Of a stretch of DNA of 32,000 nucleotides, positions 1 to 10,262 are shown in pieces. The notes under the pieces were generated by a model. It searched no databases. It had not been told where the DNA came from and saw only the letters and a program-made list of their open reading frames with translations. The position numbers were made by a program, and so were the translations under genes. Source of the DNA: Desulfobulbus propionicus DSM 2032 (GTDB lineage Bacteria; Desulfobacterota; Desulfobulbia; Desulfobulbales; Desulfobulbaceae); the NCBI RefSeq assembly GCF_000186885.1, contig NC_014972.1, positions 2,550,001-2,582,000 on the forward strand, given 5' to 3'. Each line of letters starts with the position of its first letter. The first letter of the stretch is position 1.

Positions 1-200
1 TCCTGGCCAAGGGGCAGGAACTGGTGGCGGAAAAGATCCGTGAAATAGCCAGGGAAAATGATATTCCCCTGGTGGAAAACCCTCCCGTGGCAAGATTATT
101 GCATTCGAAAGTTGAGGTGGGCCAGGCCATTCCCGAGGAGCTGTTCAAGGCCGTGGCGGAAATTCTGGCCTATGTCTATTCACTGAAAGGCAGGAGATAA
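1..200 (+). CDS. flhB: Flagellar export apparatus protein FlhB, C-terminal end (5' truncated by window edge)
   Basis: Frame 3 reads LAKGQELVAEKIREIARENDIPLVENPPVARLLHSKVEVGQAIPEELFKAVAEILAYVYSLKGRR*, typical of the FlhB C-terminal cytoplasmic domain. The TAA at 198-200 overlaps the flhA ATG. Confidence 0.9.
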   Translation, partial: LAKGQELVAEKIREIARENDIPLVENPPVARLLHSKVEVGQAIPEELFKAVAEILAYVYSLKGRR

Positions 201-2302
201 TGGAAGCAACAGGGGCGCAAACACTGCTGAGCCGGGTTCGGATCAAGGAGCTGCTGCAGCGCAGCGACATCCTGGCCTCGCTGGGACTCTTCGGCATTCT
301 CATGCTGATGATCATCCCCCTGCCGCCCATGCTGCTCGACCTCTGCCTGTCGCTCAACATCACCATCGCCATTCTCATCCTGATCATCAGCCTCTACACG
401 GAAAAAGCGACCGAGTTCTCGATTTTTCCCTCGGTGCTCCTCATCACCACCCTGTTTCGCCTGTCGCTCAATGTCGCCTCCACCCGACTGATCCTCCTCC
501 ATGGCAACGAGGGCATGGACGCGGCCGGATCGGTGATCGAGGCATTCGGCCAGTTCGTGGTCGGCGGCTCCTATGTGGTCGGCCTGGTCATTTTCGTTAT
601 TCTGGTGATCATCAACTTCATCGTCATCACCAAGGGCGCGGGCCGGATCGCCGAGGTGGCCGCCCGTTTCACCCTGGATGCCATGCCCGGCAAGCAGATG
701 GCCATCGACGCCGATCTCAACGCCGGTCTGATCGACGAAAACACGGCCCGCAAACGCCGCGAGGAGATCGCGAACGAAGCCAATTTCCACGGCGCCATGG
801 ATGGTGCCTCCAAATTCGTCCGCGGCGACGCCATCGCCGGCATCATTATCACCCTGATCAATATCGGCGCTGGTTTTATCATCGGCGTACTGCAAAAAGG
901 CATGCCGCTGGCCGAGGCCGCCAAAAACTACACCATCCTCACCGTTGGCGACGGCCTGGTCGGCCAGGTCCCGGCCCTGATCATTTCCACCGCCGCCGGC
1001 ATGCTGGTCTCTCGTACCGCCGGCCGCGAGGATTTCGGCACCGAACTGAAGACCCAATTCACCCGCTATGCCAAGGCACTCTGGGTGGTGGCGGCAATCC
1101 TCCTCATTTTTGCCCTCATTCCCGGCTTGCCCTTTATCCCTTTTCTCCTCATTGCCGCTGGCCTCGCCTATACCGCCTACCGGATCGATCAGGCGGAAAA
1201 GGCCAGGCAGCTCGAGGAGGCCGTGGCCGAACGGCCGCAACCGGTGGTCAAACCCGATCAGGATTACGAGAAGATGCTCAATGTCGACCTGATCGAACTT
1301 GAGGTCGGCTACGGCCTGATCCCCTTTGTCGATGCGGCCCAGGACGGAGAGCTGCTCTCGCGCATCCAGTCGATCCGCAAGCAGTTCGCCCTGACCACCG
1401 GTTTCATCGTACCGCCGGTGCACATCAAGGACAACCTGCAACTCAATCCCAACCAGTACACCCTCAACCTCAAGGGCGTCACCATCGCCACCGCTGAAAT
1501 GATGCCCGGCTACTTCATGGCCATGGATCCCGGTCTGGTGACCGAAACCATCAAGGGCCTGCCCACCACGGAGCCGGCCTTTGATCTGCCGGCCATCTGG
1601 ATCACCGAGGACAAGCGGGAACGCGCCCAGATCGCCGGGTACACCGTGGTCGACTGCGTCACGGTCATGGCCACGCACATCAGCGAGGTGATCAAGAAAC
1701 ACGCCCATGAATTGCTCGGTCGCCAGGAAACCCAGACCCTGATCGACAACCTGGCGAAAAGCTATCCCAAGCTGGTGGAGGAACTGGTGCCCCACGTGCT
1801 CAACCTGGGAATCATCATGCGGGTGCTGCAAAATCTGCTCCGCGAGGGCGTGTCCATCCGCGATCTGCGCTCCATCCTCGAAACCATGGCCGACTACGCG
1901 CCCATGACCCAGGATACCGACATCCTCACCGAATATGTCCGCCATGCCCTGTCGCGGTCCATCTCCATGGCCCATACCCAAAACGATGGCGTCATGCCGG
2001 TGATCACCATGGATCGCAAGGTCGAAGAAACCGTCCAGGCCGCCGTTCAGCACCGTGAACGGGGCAGTTATCTGGCCCTGGATCCAAAGACGGCGCAAAA
2101 GATCCTCGACAGTATCAACACCCTGATCACCTCCATGGCGGGCGGACCGCAGCCGGTGTTGCTGGTGCTGCCGCAGATACGACCGCATGTGCGCCGGCTG
2201 ACCGAGCGCTACTTCCCCAATCTGGCGGTGCTGTCGCACAACGAAATCTCTTCGCAGATTCGTATTCAATCCATCGGAACGGTGACCATCGATGCAAGTT
2301 AA
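200..2302 (+). CDS. flhA: Flagellar biosynthesis protein FlhA
   Basis: 700 aa with N-terminal multi-TM region, FSIFPSVLLITTLFRLSLNVASTR and FVKGDAIAGIII-like motifs (FVRGDAIAGIIITLIN), followed by the cytoplasmic domain. Confidence 0.97.
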   Translation: MEATGAQTLLSRVRIKELLQRSDILASLGLFGILMLMIIPLPPMLLDLCLSLNITIAILILIISLYTEKATEFSIFPSVLLITTLFRLSLNVASTRLILLHGNEGMDAAGSVIEAFGQFVVGGSYVVGLVIFVILVIINFIVITKGAGRIAEVAARFTLDAMPGKQMAIDADLNAGLIDENTARKRREEIANEANFHGAMDGASKFVRGDAIAGIIITLINIGAGFIIGVLQKGMPLAEAAKNYTILTVGDGLVGQVPALIISTAAGMLVSRTAGREDFGTELKTQFTRYAKALWVVAAILLIFALIPGLPFIPFLLIAAGLAYTAYRIDQAEKARQLEEAVAERPQPVVKPDQDYEKMLNVDLIELEVGYGLIPFVDAAQDGELLSRIQSIRKQFALTTGFIVPPVHIKDNLQLNPNQYTLNLKGVTIATAEMMPGYFMAMDPGLVTETIKGLPTTEPAFDLPAIWITEDKRERAQIAGYTVVDCVTVMATHISEVIKKHAHELLGRQETQTLIDNLAKSYPKLVEELVPHVLNLGIIMRVLQNLLREGVSIRDLRSILETMADYAPMTQDTDILTEYVRHALSRSISMAHTQNDGVMPVITMDRKVEETVQAAVQHRERGSYLALDPKTAQKILDSINTLITSMAGGPQPVLLVLPQIRPHVRRLTERYFPNLAVLSHNEISSQIRIQSIGTVTIDAS

Positions 2303-3605
2303 GGTCTTTGAAGCAAAAGACATGGCCACGGGCCTGAAAATGGTCAAGGAGGCATTGGGACCCGACGCCCTCATTCTCTCCACCCGCACCATCCGCAGCG
2401 GCAAGTTCGGCATGATTGGCAAACCGATGATGGAGATCACCGCCGCTGTCGACGATGCCTGGCAGGAATCGGCGCGCCCAGTGGAACTCCCGAGAAACGA
2501 GGCGCGCCATCACTGGTCCGACCGGTCAACCAATGGCTGCCTGGAGCAGGGAGAACGCGGGCCGCGGCAGGAAGACATTTCCTATCAGGAGATTTGGCAG
2601 CGTGGCGCGGCAGAACGCAAGGCAGCACCATCGTTTCCGCGGCCGGAGCCGCCGGCCGTCAGCCAGGACATCCACAGCGAACTGGCGGAACTGCGCAACA
2701 TGGTCAAGGGACTGTCGAACCGGATCACCGGCCTTGACTCGGCCGCCCTGCGCGGCCGGCCTTATGTTGAACCGGAATTCACCGCCCCCCCGGCGAACCA
2801 CGCCGCCGCCATCGATCCGGTGGTCGGCCTGCTCACCGGTTACGGCATCAACCAGGAAACCGCCCAGGTGGTGGCCCGATTTACCCGTGACACCATCGAG
2901 AAGGCCCGCTCTTTAAGCAGCGCCGATCTGACCCTGATCCTCAAGGCGGCCGTGGCGCGACTGTTCACCACCCAACCCCTGCTCGACGGCCGCTCGACCC
3001 GACAACGGCGGATCAGCCTGATCGGCCCCACCGGCGTGGGCAAGACCACGACACTGGCCAAAATCGCGGCCCATTACCTCGGCCGCTTCGGCGGTCGTAT
3101 CGGCCTGATCACCATCGACACCTATCGGATCGCCGCGGTCGAGCAGATCAAGGTCTACGGCGAGATCATGCGCCTGCCGGTGGAAGTGGTGATCAAACCT
3201 CGCGAGTTGGAGGAGGCTCTGGATAAATTCCGTGACGTCGACCTGGTGCTGATCGACACCGCCGGCCGCAGTCCACGCAACGGCTTGGATATTCAGGAAT
3301 TGGCCGCCTTTCTCCGGCCGCAATGGGGGATCGAGAACAACCTGCTGCTCTCGGCCGCCACCAGGGAGCGGGAAATCGAACAGACCATCAAACGGTTTTC
3401 CATCCTGCCAATCAGCAACTTTATCTTCAGCAAGATTGACGAATGCGATCAGCTGGGCGTGCTGCTCAATATCCACTACAAGCACGACACGCCGATTTCC
3501 TTTCTCACCAACGGCCAGAGGGTTCCCGAGGATCTGCTCATGCCCTCGCCGGCGGACATTGCCGATCTCATCATGAATGATCACGGAAACCTGACCCATG
3601 GCTGA
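2292..3605 (+). CDS. flhF: Flagellar SRP-like GTPase FlhF
   Basis: 437-codon ORF with N-terminal MQVKVFEAKDMATGLKMVKEALGPDALILSTRTI and G-domain RISLIGPTGVGKTTTLAKIAAHYL, LITIDTYRIAAVEQIKVY, LVLIDTAGRS. Overlaps the flhA end. Confidence 0.95.
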   Translation: MQVKVFEAKDMATGLKMVKEALGPDALILSTRTIRSGKFGMIGKPMMEITAAVDDAWQESARPVELPRNEARHHWSDRSTNGCLEQGERGPRQEDISYQEIWQRGAAERKAAPSFPRPEPPAVSQDIHSELAELRNMVKGLSNRITGLDSAALRGRPYVEPEFTAPPANHAAAIDPVVGLLTGYGINQETAQVVARFTRDTIEKARSLSSADLTLILKAAVARLFTTQPLLDGRSTRQRRISLIGPTGVGKTTTLAKIAAHYLGRFGGRIGLITIDTYRIAAVEQIKVYGEIMRLPVEVVIKPRELEEALDKFRDVDLVLIDTAGRSPRNGLDIQELAAFLRPQWGIENNLLLSAATREREIEQTIKRFSILPISNFIFSKIDECDQLGVLLNIHYKHDTPISFLTNGQRVPEDLLMPSPADIADLIMNDHGNLTHG

Positions 3606-4497
3606 ACATACAGGACGACCAACGGACCAGGCCGGCACCCTGCGGGCCATGAACAGTCCGAGATTGACCGAGGAACGAACCAGGCAAGCCGCCACCCGGG
3701 TCGTTTCCGTCACCAGCGGCAAGGGCGGTGTCGGCAAGACGGCGGTGGTGGCCAACCTGGCGGTGCTGCTGGCCCGGATGGGCAAGCGAGTGCTCATTCT
3801 CGATGCCGATCTCGGCCTGGCCAATATCGATGTGGTCTTCGGCTTGGCGCCGAGCCACAATCTCAACCACTTCTTCACCGGTGAACAGGGATTGGAGACG
3901 ATCCTCACCGACGGCCCCGAAGGAATCAAGATCCTGCCCGCCGGTTCGGGCGTGCAACGGTTCACCCGGCTTGATTCCGAACAGAAAATGCGGCTGTTGG
4001 AAGGGCTCGACGCGATGAACAACGACTTTGATTTCGTGCTCATCGACACCGAGGCCGGTATCTCGGAAAACGTCACCTATTTCAACACCGCGGCCCAGGA
4101 GATCCTGGTGGTCACCACCCCCGACCCCACGGCGATCACCGACGCCTACGCCCTGATGAAGCTGCTCTCCAATCAGTACCACGAAAAACACTTCAACCTG
4201 ATCGTCAACTTCATCAGAAACGAGGAAGAAGCCCTGGATGTCTACCGCAAGCTCACCATGGTGGCCAACCGCTACCTGGACATCTCCATAGATTATATCG
4301 GATCGATTCCACGGGATAAATTGATGGTGGACGCCATCCGCAAGCAGCAGGTGCTGGTGCAGTTGTTTCCGGAGTCAAAAACCAGCCTGGCCTTCGAGGC
4401 CCTGGCCCGGACCATTGTCCAGGAACCGCAGACCTTGGAACCCAAGGGATCGATCCAGTTTTTTTGGAAACGATTACTGGAGTTCGGCGGCAAATAG
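3598..4497 (+). CDS. flhG: MinD-like ATPase FlhG (FleN/YlxH family)
   Basis: Deviant Walker A SVTSGKGGVGKTAVVANLAVLLARMGKRVLILDADLGLANIDVVFG; position directly after flhF. Confidence 0.94.
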   Translation: MAEHTGRPTDQAGTLRAMNSPRLTEERTRQAATRVVSVTSGKGGVGKTAVVANLAVLLARMGKRVLILDADLGLANIDVVFGLAPSHNLNHFFTGEQGLETILTDGPEGIKILPAGSGVQRFTRLDSEQKMRLLEGLDAMNNDFDFVLIDTEAGISENVTYFNTAAQEILVVTTPDPTAITDAYALMKLLSNQYHEKHFNLIVNFIRNEEEALDVYRKLTMVANRYLDISIDYIGSIPRDKLMVDAIRKQQVLVQLFPESKTSLAFEALARTIVQEPQTLEPKGSIQFFWKRLLEFGGK

Positions 4498-4533
4498 CTG
4501 CCGCCCACCAACCAACAGGTATCATAATCACGG

Positions 4534-5277
4534 ATGATTACTATGTTCCCTCCGGTACCGCCTCTTGATGACCGCTCCCAGCTGATTCGGGAAAACATGC
4601 CGCTGGTCGAACTGGTTGTGCAGCGCATGACTCCCCAGGTGCCGAGCTTCATGACCAAGGAAGACATGATCAGCGCCGCCATGGTCGGATTGGTCGACGC
4701 CGCCAATAAATTCGATCCCACCAAGGGGGTCAAATTCAAGACCTTTGCCGAATACCGGGTGCGCGGCGCCATCTTTGACGAAATGCGCAAGCTCGACTGG
4801 TTCTCCCGTTCGATGCGCGACAAGCAAAACACCCTGACCCAGACCATGCTCCGCCTGGAACGGCAGCTGGGCCGCTCGCCGGAGGAAGAGGAAATGGCCC
4901 GCGAAATGGCTCTGAGCATCGACGAGTACCGCGACCTGCTTGCCGAAGTCAGCCACCTGGGCTGCGTCAGCCTGCACGAGACCCTCGATCACACCGAGGA
5001 CGGGCGCAGCTTTCTCGACAGCCTGGAGGATATCGGCGGCCCCGTTCCGGACGATCTGCTGGAAAAGGAGGAGATGACCCGGGTCATGGCCGAGATTCTG
5101 GAAGAGCTCTCGGAAAAGGAACGGCTGGTCATCGCCCTGTACTACTACGAGGAACTGACCCAAAAAGAAATCGCCGAAGTGCTGAGCGTTTCCGAGGGCC
5201 GGGTATCGCAGCTGCACAGCCAGGCCCTGCTCAAGCTGCGGGTCAAACTGCTCAATTCCGAACTGTACGAACCCTGA
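4534..5277 (+). CDS. fliA: Flagellar sigma factor sigma-28 (FliA)
   Basis: Sigma70-family regions 2, 3 and 4: VGLVDAANKFDPTKGVKFKTFAEYRVRGAIFDEMRKLDWFSRSMR ... LSEKERLVIALYYYEELTQKEIAEVLSVSEGRVSQLHSQALLKLR. Confidence 0.96.
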   Translation: MITMFPPVPPLDDRSQLIRENMPLVELVVQRMTPQVPSFMTKEDMISAAMVGLVDAANKFDPTKGVKFKTFAEYRVRGAIFDEMRKLDWFSRSMRDKQNTLTQTMLRLERQLGRSPEEEEMAREMALSIDEYRDLLAEVSHLGCVSLHETLDHTEDGRSFLDSLEDIGGPVPDDLLEKEEMTRVMAEILEELSEKERLVIALYYYEELTQKEIAEVLSVSEGRVSQLHSQALLKLRVKLLNSELYEP

Positions 5278-5286
5278 TCGCCACCT

Positions 5287-5712
5287 TTGAGGTTTCCCAT
5301 GCCACTCTCCCTCCCCCTGATTCTCGGCCTCCTTGCAACCGCCTTGGCCCTTTGCCTGCTGGCTGCCCTGCTGGTCCTGCACCGGGACAAGAGCGAGCGA
5401 CTCAGGGCCCGCAAACGGATAGAGGCGCTGCAACAAAAAATAGAAGCCGCCCTGCACGACGAGGGGTTTGACGCCGAACGGCTCGCCTTCGGCACTGCCC
5501 TCAAGGCGGCCAGCCTGACCACCGAGTTGCAGCGTCCGCGCCTGGACACTCTGGCCAAACTCGACAAGCGGCCGCCGGAAAAGTATCGGATCCTCAGCAA
5601 ACTGGCCTCGCAGGGCTTGGAGGTGGAGGAGATCGCGGCCATTCTTGGCATCTCGAGCGTCGAAGCCGGCCAGCTGCTCAGCCTGAGCGCCATGGCCAAG
5701 TACGGTCGCTGA
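5287..5712 (+). CDS. Small N-terminally membrane-anchored protein with C-terminal HTH-like region (DUF2802-like, flagellar-cluster hypothetical)
   Basis: One N-terminal TM segment (LPLILGLLATALALCLLAALLVL), coiled region, C-terminal ILSKLASQGLEVEEIAAILGISSVEAGQLLSL resembling an HTH. Sits between fliA and flgF. Confidence 0.7.
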   Translation: MRFPMPLSLPLILGLLATALALCLLAALLVLHRDKSERLRARKRIEALQQKIEAALHDEGFDAERLAFGTALKAASLTTELQRPRLDTLAKLDKRPPEKYRILSKLASQGLEVEEIAAILGISSVEAGQLLSLSAMAKYGR

Positions 5713-5824
5713 ACACCGGGAAGGCTGAAAGCGCCTGACCGCCGGTTCATTTCACCGTTAAGATTGCGGCCAGCACAACCGACAAGAAAACCAGCCACCT
5801 TCTCCTCACGACAAGGGCACAACC

Positions 5825-6559
5825 ATGGGATCAGGAAAATACAGCGCGCTGAGCGGCGCGGTTGCCAGGGAACAGGCGATGAGCAACGTCGCCGCCAATC
5901 TGGCCAATGTCAGCACCACGGGCTTCAAAAAGGACCGGATCAGCTTTGCGGCCATCCTGCGGGGTGCCCAGCAGGCGTCCGATGCGCGGGGAATCAATTT
6001 TGCGCGCATCCGCAAGATCGGTGTCGATTTCAGCCAGGGCGGCATGCAGCCCACTGATCGGCCGCTGGATGTGGCCATTGACGGACCAGGGTTTTTCAAG
6101 GTGCGCAAGGGCGGGGAAACATTCTACACCCGATCGGGACGGCTGATGCTCGACGACAACGGCATGGTAAAAACCGAGGACGGCCTCAATGTGCTGGGAG
6201 CGGGCAACGAACCGCTGCAAATCGATACCGCCTTGGGCAAGGATATCGTCATCGCCGAATCCGGAGACATCTCCGTCGCCGGCACCCTGACCGGCAACAG
6301 GATTCAGGTCTTTGCCGTCCCGGATCAGGACAAATTGAAAAAGGCGGGCAACGCCCTTTACGCGCTCGAGGAAGGCGGTGATCAACCTTTGGCCGATTAT
6401 CGGGTGCTCCAGGGCAGTCTTGAAACCTCCAACGTCAACATGATCGAGGAAATGACCGCCATGGTCGACACCCAGAGAACCTTTGAAGCCCACCTCAAGG
6501 CCCTGGAAAGCTATTCCAAGCTTGGGGAAAAACAGGATGAACTGGGTTCGGTCAGCTAA
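5825..6559 (+). CDS. flgF: Flagellar basal-body rod protein FlgF
   Basis: NVAANLANVSTTGFKKDRISF N-terminus, GFFKVRKGGETFYTRSGRLMLDDNG core, C-terminal QGSLETSNVNMIEEMTAMVDTQRTFEAHLK. Confidence 0.9.
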   Translation: MGSGKYSALSGAVAREQAMSNVAANLANVSTTGFKKDRISFAAILRGAQQASDARGINFARIRKIGVDFSQGGMQPTDRPLDVAIDGPGFFKVRKGGETFYTRSGRLMLDDNGMVKTEDGLNVLGAGNEPLQIDTALGKDIVIAESGDISVAGTLTGNRIQVFAVPDQDKLKKAGNALYALEEGGDQPLADYRVLQGSLETSNVNMIEEMTAMVDTQRTFEAHLKALESYSKLGEKQDELGSVS

Positions 6560-6611
6560 TGGCCGCGCCTGGTTGCGATATAAAAACTAGCTCTGCACGC
6601 GAGGCACACCC

Positions 6612-7394
6612 ATGCGCTCACTCTGGACATCAACCACCGGCATGTCGGCCCAGAATCTCAATATGGACGTCATTGCCAACAACCTGGCCAACGTATCGAC
6701 CACCGGATTCAAAAAGAGCCGCGCCGATTTTCAGGATCTGCTCTACCAGATCATGAAGGTACCCGGTTCGCCGACTTCGGCCGACACCAGGTCGCCCACC
6801 GGCATTCAGGTGGGTCTGGGCGTCAAACCTGCCGCGGTGACCAAGGTGTTCACCGAAGGCGATATTGTCCAGACCGAGAATACCCTGGACGTGGCCATCG
6901 AGGGCCCGGGATTTTTTCAGGTGACCCTGCCCGACGGCAACATTGCCTACACCCGGGCGGGGAATCTCAAACTCGACGGCGAAGGACGATTAACCACCTC
7001 GGACGGCTTTCCGATCGAACCGGAAATCGTCATCCCCGAGGATGCCCGCGAGGTGACCATCAGCCAAACGGGGGTGGTCAGCGCCATTGTCGGTGATGAC
7101 ACCACCTCCACCGAACTGGGCAACGTCGACCTGGTGGATTTTGTCAACGATGCCGGCCTGATCGCCATCGGGCGCAATCTCTTTCGCGAAACCGAGGCGT
7201 CGGGCGCTCCCTTGATCGGCGCTCCGGGAACCAACGGCATCGGCACCCTGTTGCAAGGATATGTGGAAAATTCCAACGTCAACCTGGTCGAGGAGATGAC
7301 CCACATGATCACCACCCAACGGGCTTTTGAAATCAACTCCAATGTGATCACGACCTCGGACGAAATGATGCAAACCGTCACAAACATGGTGTAA
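6612..7394 (+). CDS. flgG: Flagellar distal rod protein FlgG
   Basis: MRSLWTSTTGMSAQNLNMDVIANNLANVSTTGFKKSRADFQDLLYQ ... GYVENSNVNLVEEMTHMITTQRAFEINSNVITTSDEMMQ; 260 aa. Confidence 0.96.
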   Translation: MRSLWTSTTGMSAQNLNMDVIANNLANVSTTGFKKSRADFQDLLYQIMKVPGSPTSADTRSPTGIQVGLGVKPAAVTKVFTEGDIVQTENTLDVAIEGPGFFQVTLPDGNIAYTRAGNLKLDGEGRLTTSDGFPIEPEIVIPEDAREVTISQTGVVSAIVGDDTTSTELGNVDLVDFVNDAGLIAIGRNLFRETEASGAPLIGAPGTNGIGTLLQGYVENSNVNLVEEMTHMITTQRAFEINSNVITTSDEMMQTVTNMV

Positions 7395-7398
7395 CGGA

Positions 7399-8349
7399 TT
7401 GAAATTTGCGCTCTTCCTTTTCTGCATCGTTGCATTGGCCCGGCCAGCTGCGCTGTTCGCGCAGCTCACGGTCAATTTTCAACCGGCTGTCACCATCACC
7501 GGATCCCGGATCGTGCTTGGCGACATTGCGGTGATCGGACCGGCGGGCGAGGAAGCCGAGGCCATCGGCCAACTGCCGGTGGCGGTGTCGCCCGCGCCAG
7601 GCAAAACAAAAGAGCTGTATACGGTTTCGGTGATCAATTCCCTGCGCAACCGGCAGGAAGTGGCCGAGGTCGACTGGCAGGGCAGCCAGACGATCGTGGT
7701 CCGGCGTCAGGGCACGTTCATCAATCGGGACCAGTTGCAGGCAATTATTGATCAGTATCTCAAGGAAAACAGCGGCCGGCTGGCCGGAACCAATATCCGG
7801 TTCACCGCCATGCGGGCCCCCGAAGAACTGACCCTGCCTGCCGGCAAGCTGAGCTGGACGGTCACGCCTTCCCGACCCGGCATCACGGGCAGCTCCAGTT
7901 TTTCCATCGCCTTTGCCGTTGACGACAAGCCGGCCACCACCTGTGTTGTCCGCGGCCGGCTGGAGGCCGTCGCCGAAGTGGTGACCGCCGCGGTTCGCCT
8001 GAACAAGGGCGATGTGATCAACGACAGCAACATCGCGGTCATGCAACAAGACATCGGCGGCCTCAATCACCCGTACACCAGCAAAGAGCAACTCATCGGC
8101 ATGCAGGTGGCGCGCACGGTCAACGCCGGGACCGTGCTGGAACAAGCGCACATTGCCGCGCCGCCCATCGTCAAGGACGGAGAGATGGTCAAGATTTTTG
8201 CCCGCAAAGGCGCCCTGCAACTGTCCACCAGCGGCCTGGCCAAAACGGATGGACGGTTGGGGGAAATCATCCAGGTCAAGAACATCGGTTCCAATAAACT
8301 GATTCACTGCCGGGTCGACGGTCCCGGCATGGTTTCCGTGGAGTTTTAA
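7399..8349 (+). CDS. flgA: Flagella basal body P-ring formation protein FlgA (TTG start)
   Basis: Signal peptide KFALFLFCIVALARPAALFA; SAF-like C-terminal region KGDVINDSNIAVMQQDIG ... IGMQVARTVNAGTVLEQAHI ... GDGEMVKI-like; between flgG and flgH. Confidence 0.88.
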   Translation: MKFALFLFCIVALARPAALFAQLTVNFQPAVTITGSRIVLGDIAVIGPAGEEAEAIGQLPVAVSPAPGKTKELYTVSVINSLRNRQEVAEVDWQGSQTIVVRRQGTFINRDQLQAIIDQYLKENSGRLAGTNIRFTAMRAPEELTLPAGKLSWTVTPSRPGITGSSSFSIAFAVDDKPATTCVVRGRLEAVAEVVTAAVRLNKGDVINDSNIAVMQQDIGGLNHPYTSKEQLIGMQVARTVNAGTVLEQAHIAAPPIVKDGEMVKIFARKGALQLSTSGLAKTDGRLGEIIQVKNIGSNKLIHCRVDGPGMVSVEF

Positions 8350-8351
8350 TC

Positions 8352-9092
8352 ATGCAACCATCCCTTATGCCCGCCCTGCATATCCGACTGCAGCGCAATT
8401 ACACCGCCCGCATGGCCATGGTGCTCTTGCTGGCGGCGACCTTGGTGACAGCCGGCTGCGGTTCGACTTCACAAGAAGTATCGCCCGTGACGGAACCGCT
8501 CGAGGAACCGGTGGTGGACGATGCCAGACCGCAATCTCCCGGCACCTTATGGAATGGCGACGAGGGAAACTGGCTGGCTGATGTCAAGGCCCGCCGGGTC
8601 GGCGACATCGTCACCGTGATTATTGAAGAAGAGGCCAAGGCCTCCAAGGAAGCGACCACCGACACCGACCGTTCATCCAGCATTTCCGCCGGTATCTCCA
8701 GTTTTTTTGGACTGGAGAAATCGTTGGAAGAAAAAAACAGCAACCTCGAAACCTCCGCCTTGGTGGAAGCGTCGTCGGGCAATCAATTTTCCGGCGGCGG
8801 TAAGACCACCCGTTCGGAGAATTTGGTGGCCACCCTGACCACCCAGGTGGTCGAGGTCTATCCCAACGGCAACCTTAAAATCCGGGGCGGAAAATCGGTG
8901 ACGGTCAACAACGAAAATCAGATCATCTACCTGACCGGCATTGTCCGCTCGTACGACGTGACCGCCGACAACACGGTCAATTCCGGCAACATTCTCAACG
9001 CCCAAATCTCCTACACCGGCAAAGGCGCTGTTTCCGACAAACAGAAACCTGGCTGGATGATGCGTATTTTTGACCATACCTGGCCGTTTTAA
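8352..9092 (+). CDS. flgH: Flagellar L-ring protein FlgH
   Basis: Lipoprotein signal AATLVTAGCGS; GTLWNGDEGNWLADVKARRVGDIVTVIIEEEAKASKEATTDTDR; GNLKIRGGKSVTVNNENQIIYLTGIVRSYDVTADNTVNSGNILNAQISYTGKGAV. Confidence 0.95.
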   Translation: MQPSLMPALHIRLQRNYTARMAMVLLLAATLVTAGCGSTSQEVSPVTEPLEEPVVDDARPQSPGTLWNGDEGNWLADVKARRVGDIVTVIIEEEAKASKEATTDTDRSSSISAGISSFFGLEKSLEEKNSNLETSALVEASSGNQFSGGGKTTRSENLVATLTTQVVEVYPNGNLKIRGGKSVTVNNENQIIYLTGIVRSYDVTADNTVNSGNILNAQISYTGKGAVSDKQKPGWMMRIFDHTWPF

Positions 9093-9112
9093 CGACCATG
9101 GAGGGCATTGCC

Positions 9113-10231
9113 ATGACCCCGCGAATTTATCGCCTCGGCCTTTCCGTCCTGCTGACCGTTTTCTGCATCGCAGCGGATGCCTCCGCAACCCGCATCAAGG
9201 ACCTGGCGGATATCGAAGGCGTGCGCGACAATCAGCTGATGGGATACGGCCTGGTGATCGGCCTCAACGGCACCGGTGACGACATCAAGAAATCGGTGTT
9301 CACCAAGCAGGCCATGATCAACATGATCAAACGCATGGGCATGGCCATCCCCGAGGATGTGTTCAAACAGATGAAAACCGACAACGTGGCCGCGGTCATG
9401 GTCACCGCCCAGCTGCCGCCCTTTGCCCGGCCTGGTTCCGCCATCGACATCCAGGTTTCTTCCATCGGCGACGCCTCCAGCCTTTCCGGGGGCACGCTGC
9501 TTATGACCCCGTTGAAAGGCCCGGACGGCAATACCTATGCCGTGGCCCAAGGGCCGTTGGCGGTCGGCGGCATCGCTTTTGGCGGCAAGGCGGCCAAAGC
9601 GCAGAAGAATTTCCCCACGTCCGGCCACCTCACCGGCGGGGCGATTGTCGAGCGGGCGGTCAATTATGCTTTGCCTCCCTCCGGCGACCTGTTGTACCAG
9701 CTCCGCGACACCGATTTCACCACCGCCTCCCGCATGGCCGAGGCCATAAACGCCCATTTTGGCAGCGGGACGGCCAAACCCATGGATTCCCGCACGGTCA
9801 AGGTCACCAAACCGTCGCGTGTCAAGGGAGATGTCGTGAGCTTTATCTCGGATCTGGAGAGCATCGAAATCGAGCCGGACCGACCGGCAAAGATCGTGGT
9901 CAACGAACGAACCGGCACGATCGTCATGGGGCAGGATGTCCGTATTTCCACGGTGGCGGTTTCGCACGGCAACCTCAATCTGGTGATCTCCGAAGCCACG
10001 GAAGTGTCCCAACCCAACCCGCTGGCCGCCGGCACCACCGTGGCGGCCCCGGCAACGACCATCACCGCGACCGAAGAGGCGGGCAATCTGGTTGTCCTGC
10101 CGATGGGCGTCAATCTGGGTGAAATCGCCAGGGCGCTCAACGCCATCGGCGCCACCCCCCGTGATCTGATCGCCATTTTTCAGGCCATCAAGGCCGCCGG
10201 CGCCCTCCAGGGCGAACTGGTCATCTTATAA
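9113..10231 (+). CDS. flgI: Flagellar P-ring protein FlgI
   Basis: RIKDLADIEGVRDNQLMGYGLVIGLNGTGDD ... NERTGTIVMGQDVRISTVAVSHGNL. The track ORF starts at 9098; ATG 9113 is preferred because GGAGGG (9100-9105) is well spaced before it. Confidence 0.94.
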   Translation: MTPRIYRLGLSVLLTVFCIAADASATRIKDLADIEGVRDNQLMGYGLVIGLNGTGDDIKKSVFTKQAMINMIKRMGMAIPEDVFKQMKTDNVAAVMVTAQLPPFARPGSAIDIQVSSIGDASSLSGGTLLMTPLKGPDGNTYAVAQGPLAVGGIAFGGKAAKAQKNFPTSGHLTGGAIVERAVNYALPPSGDLLYQLRDTDFTTASRMAEAINAHFGSGTAKPMDSRTVKVTKPSRVKGDVVSFISDLESIEIEPDRPAKIVVNERTGTIVMGQDVRISTVAVSHGNLNLVISEATEVSQPNPLAAGTTVAAPATTITATEEAGNLVVLPMGVNLGEIARALNAIGATPRDLIAIFQAIKAAGALQGELVIL

Positions 10232-10262
10232 CGCATTGTGCACAGCCTTTGAGCGTATCTCC

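Noticed and set aside
176-2440. 754-aa ORF antisense to flhA
   Set aside because: Mirror ORF of a GC-rich coding region. No recognisable domains; His/Gly/Asp/Arg-rich composition typical of antisense frames; flhA is unambiguous.
6560-6611. Possible sigma54 promoter (TGGCCGCGCCTGGTTGC) before flgG
   Set aside because: GG to GC spacing is 12 nt instead of the required 10, so it does not meet the -24/-12 rule.
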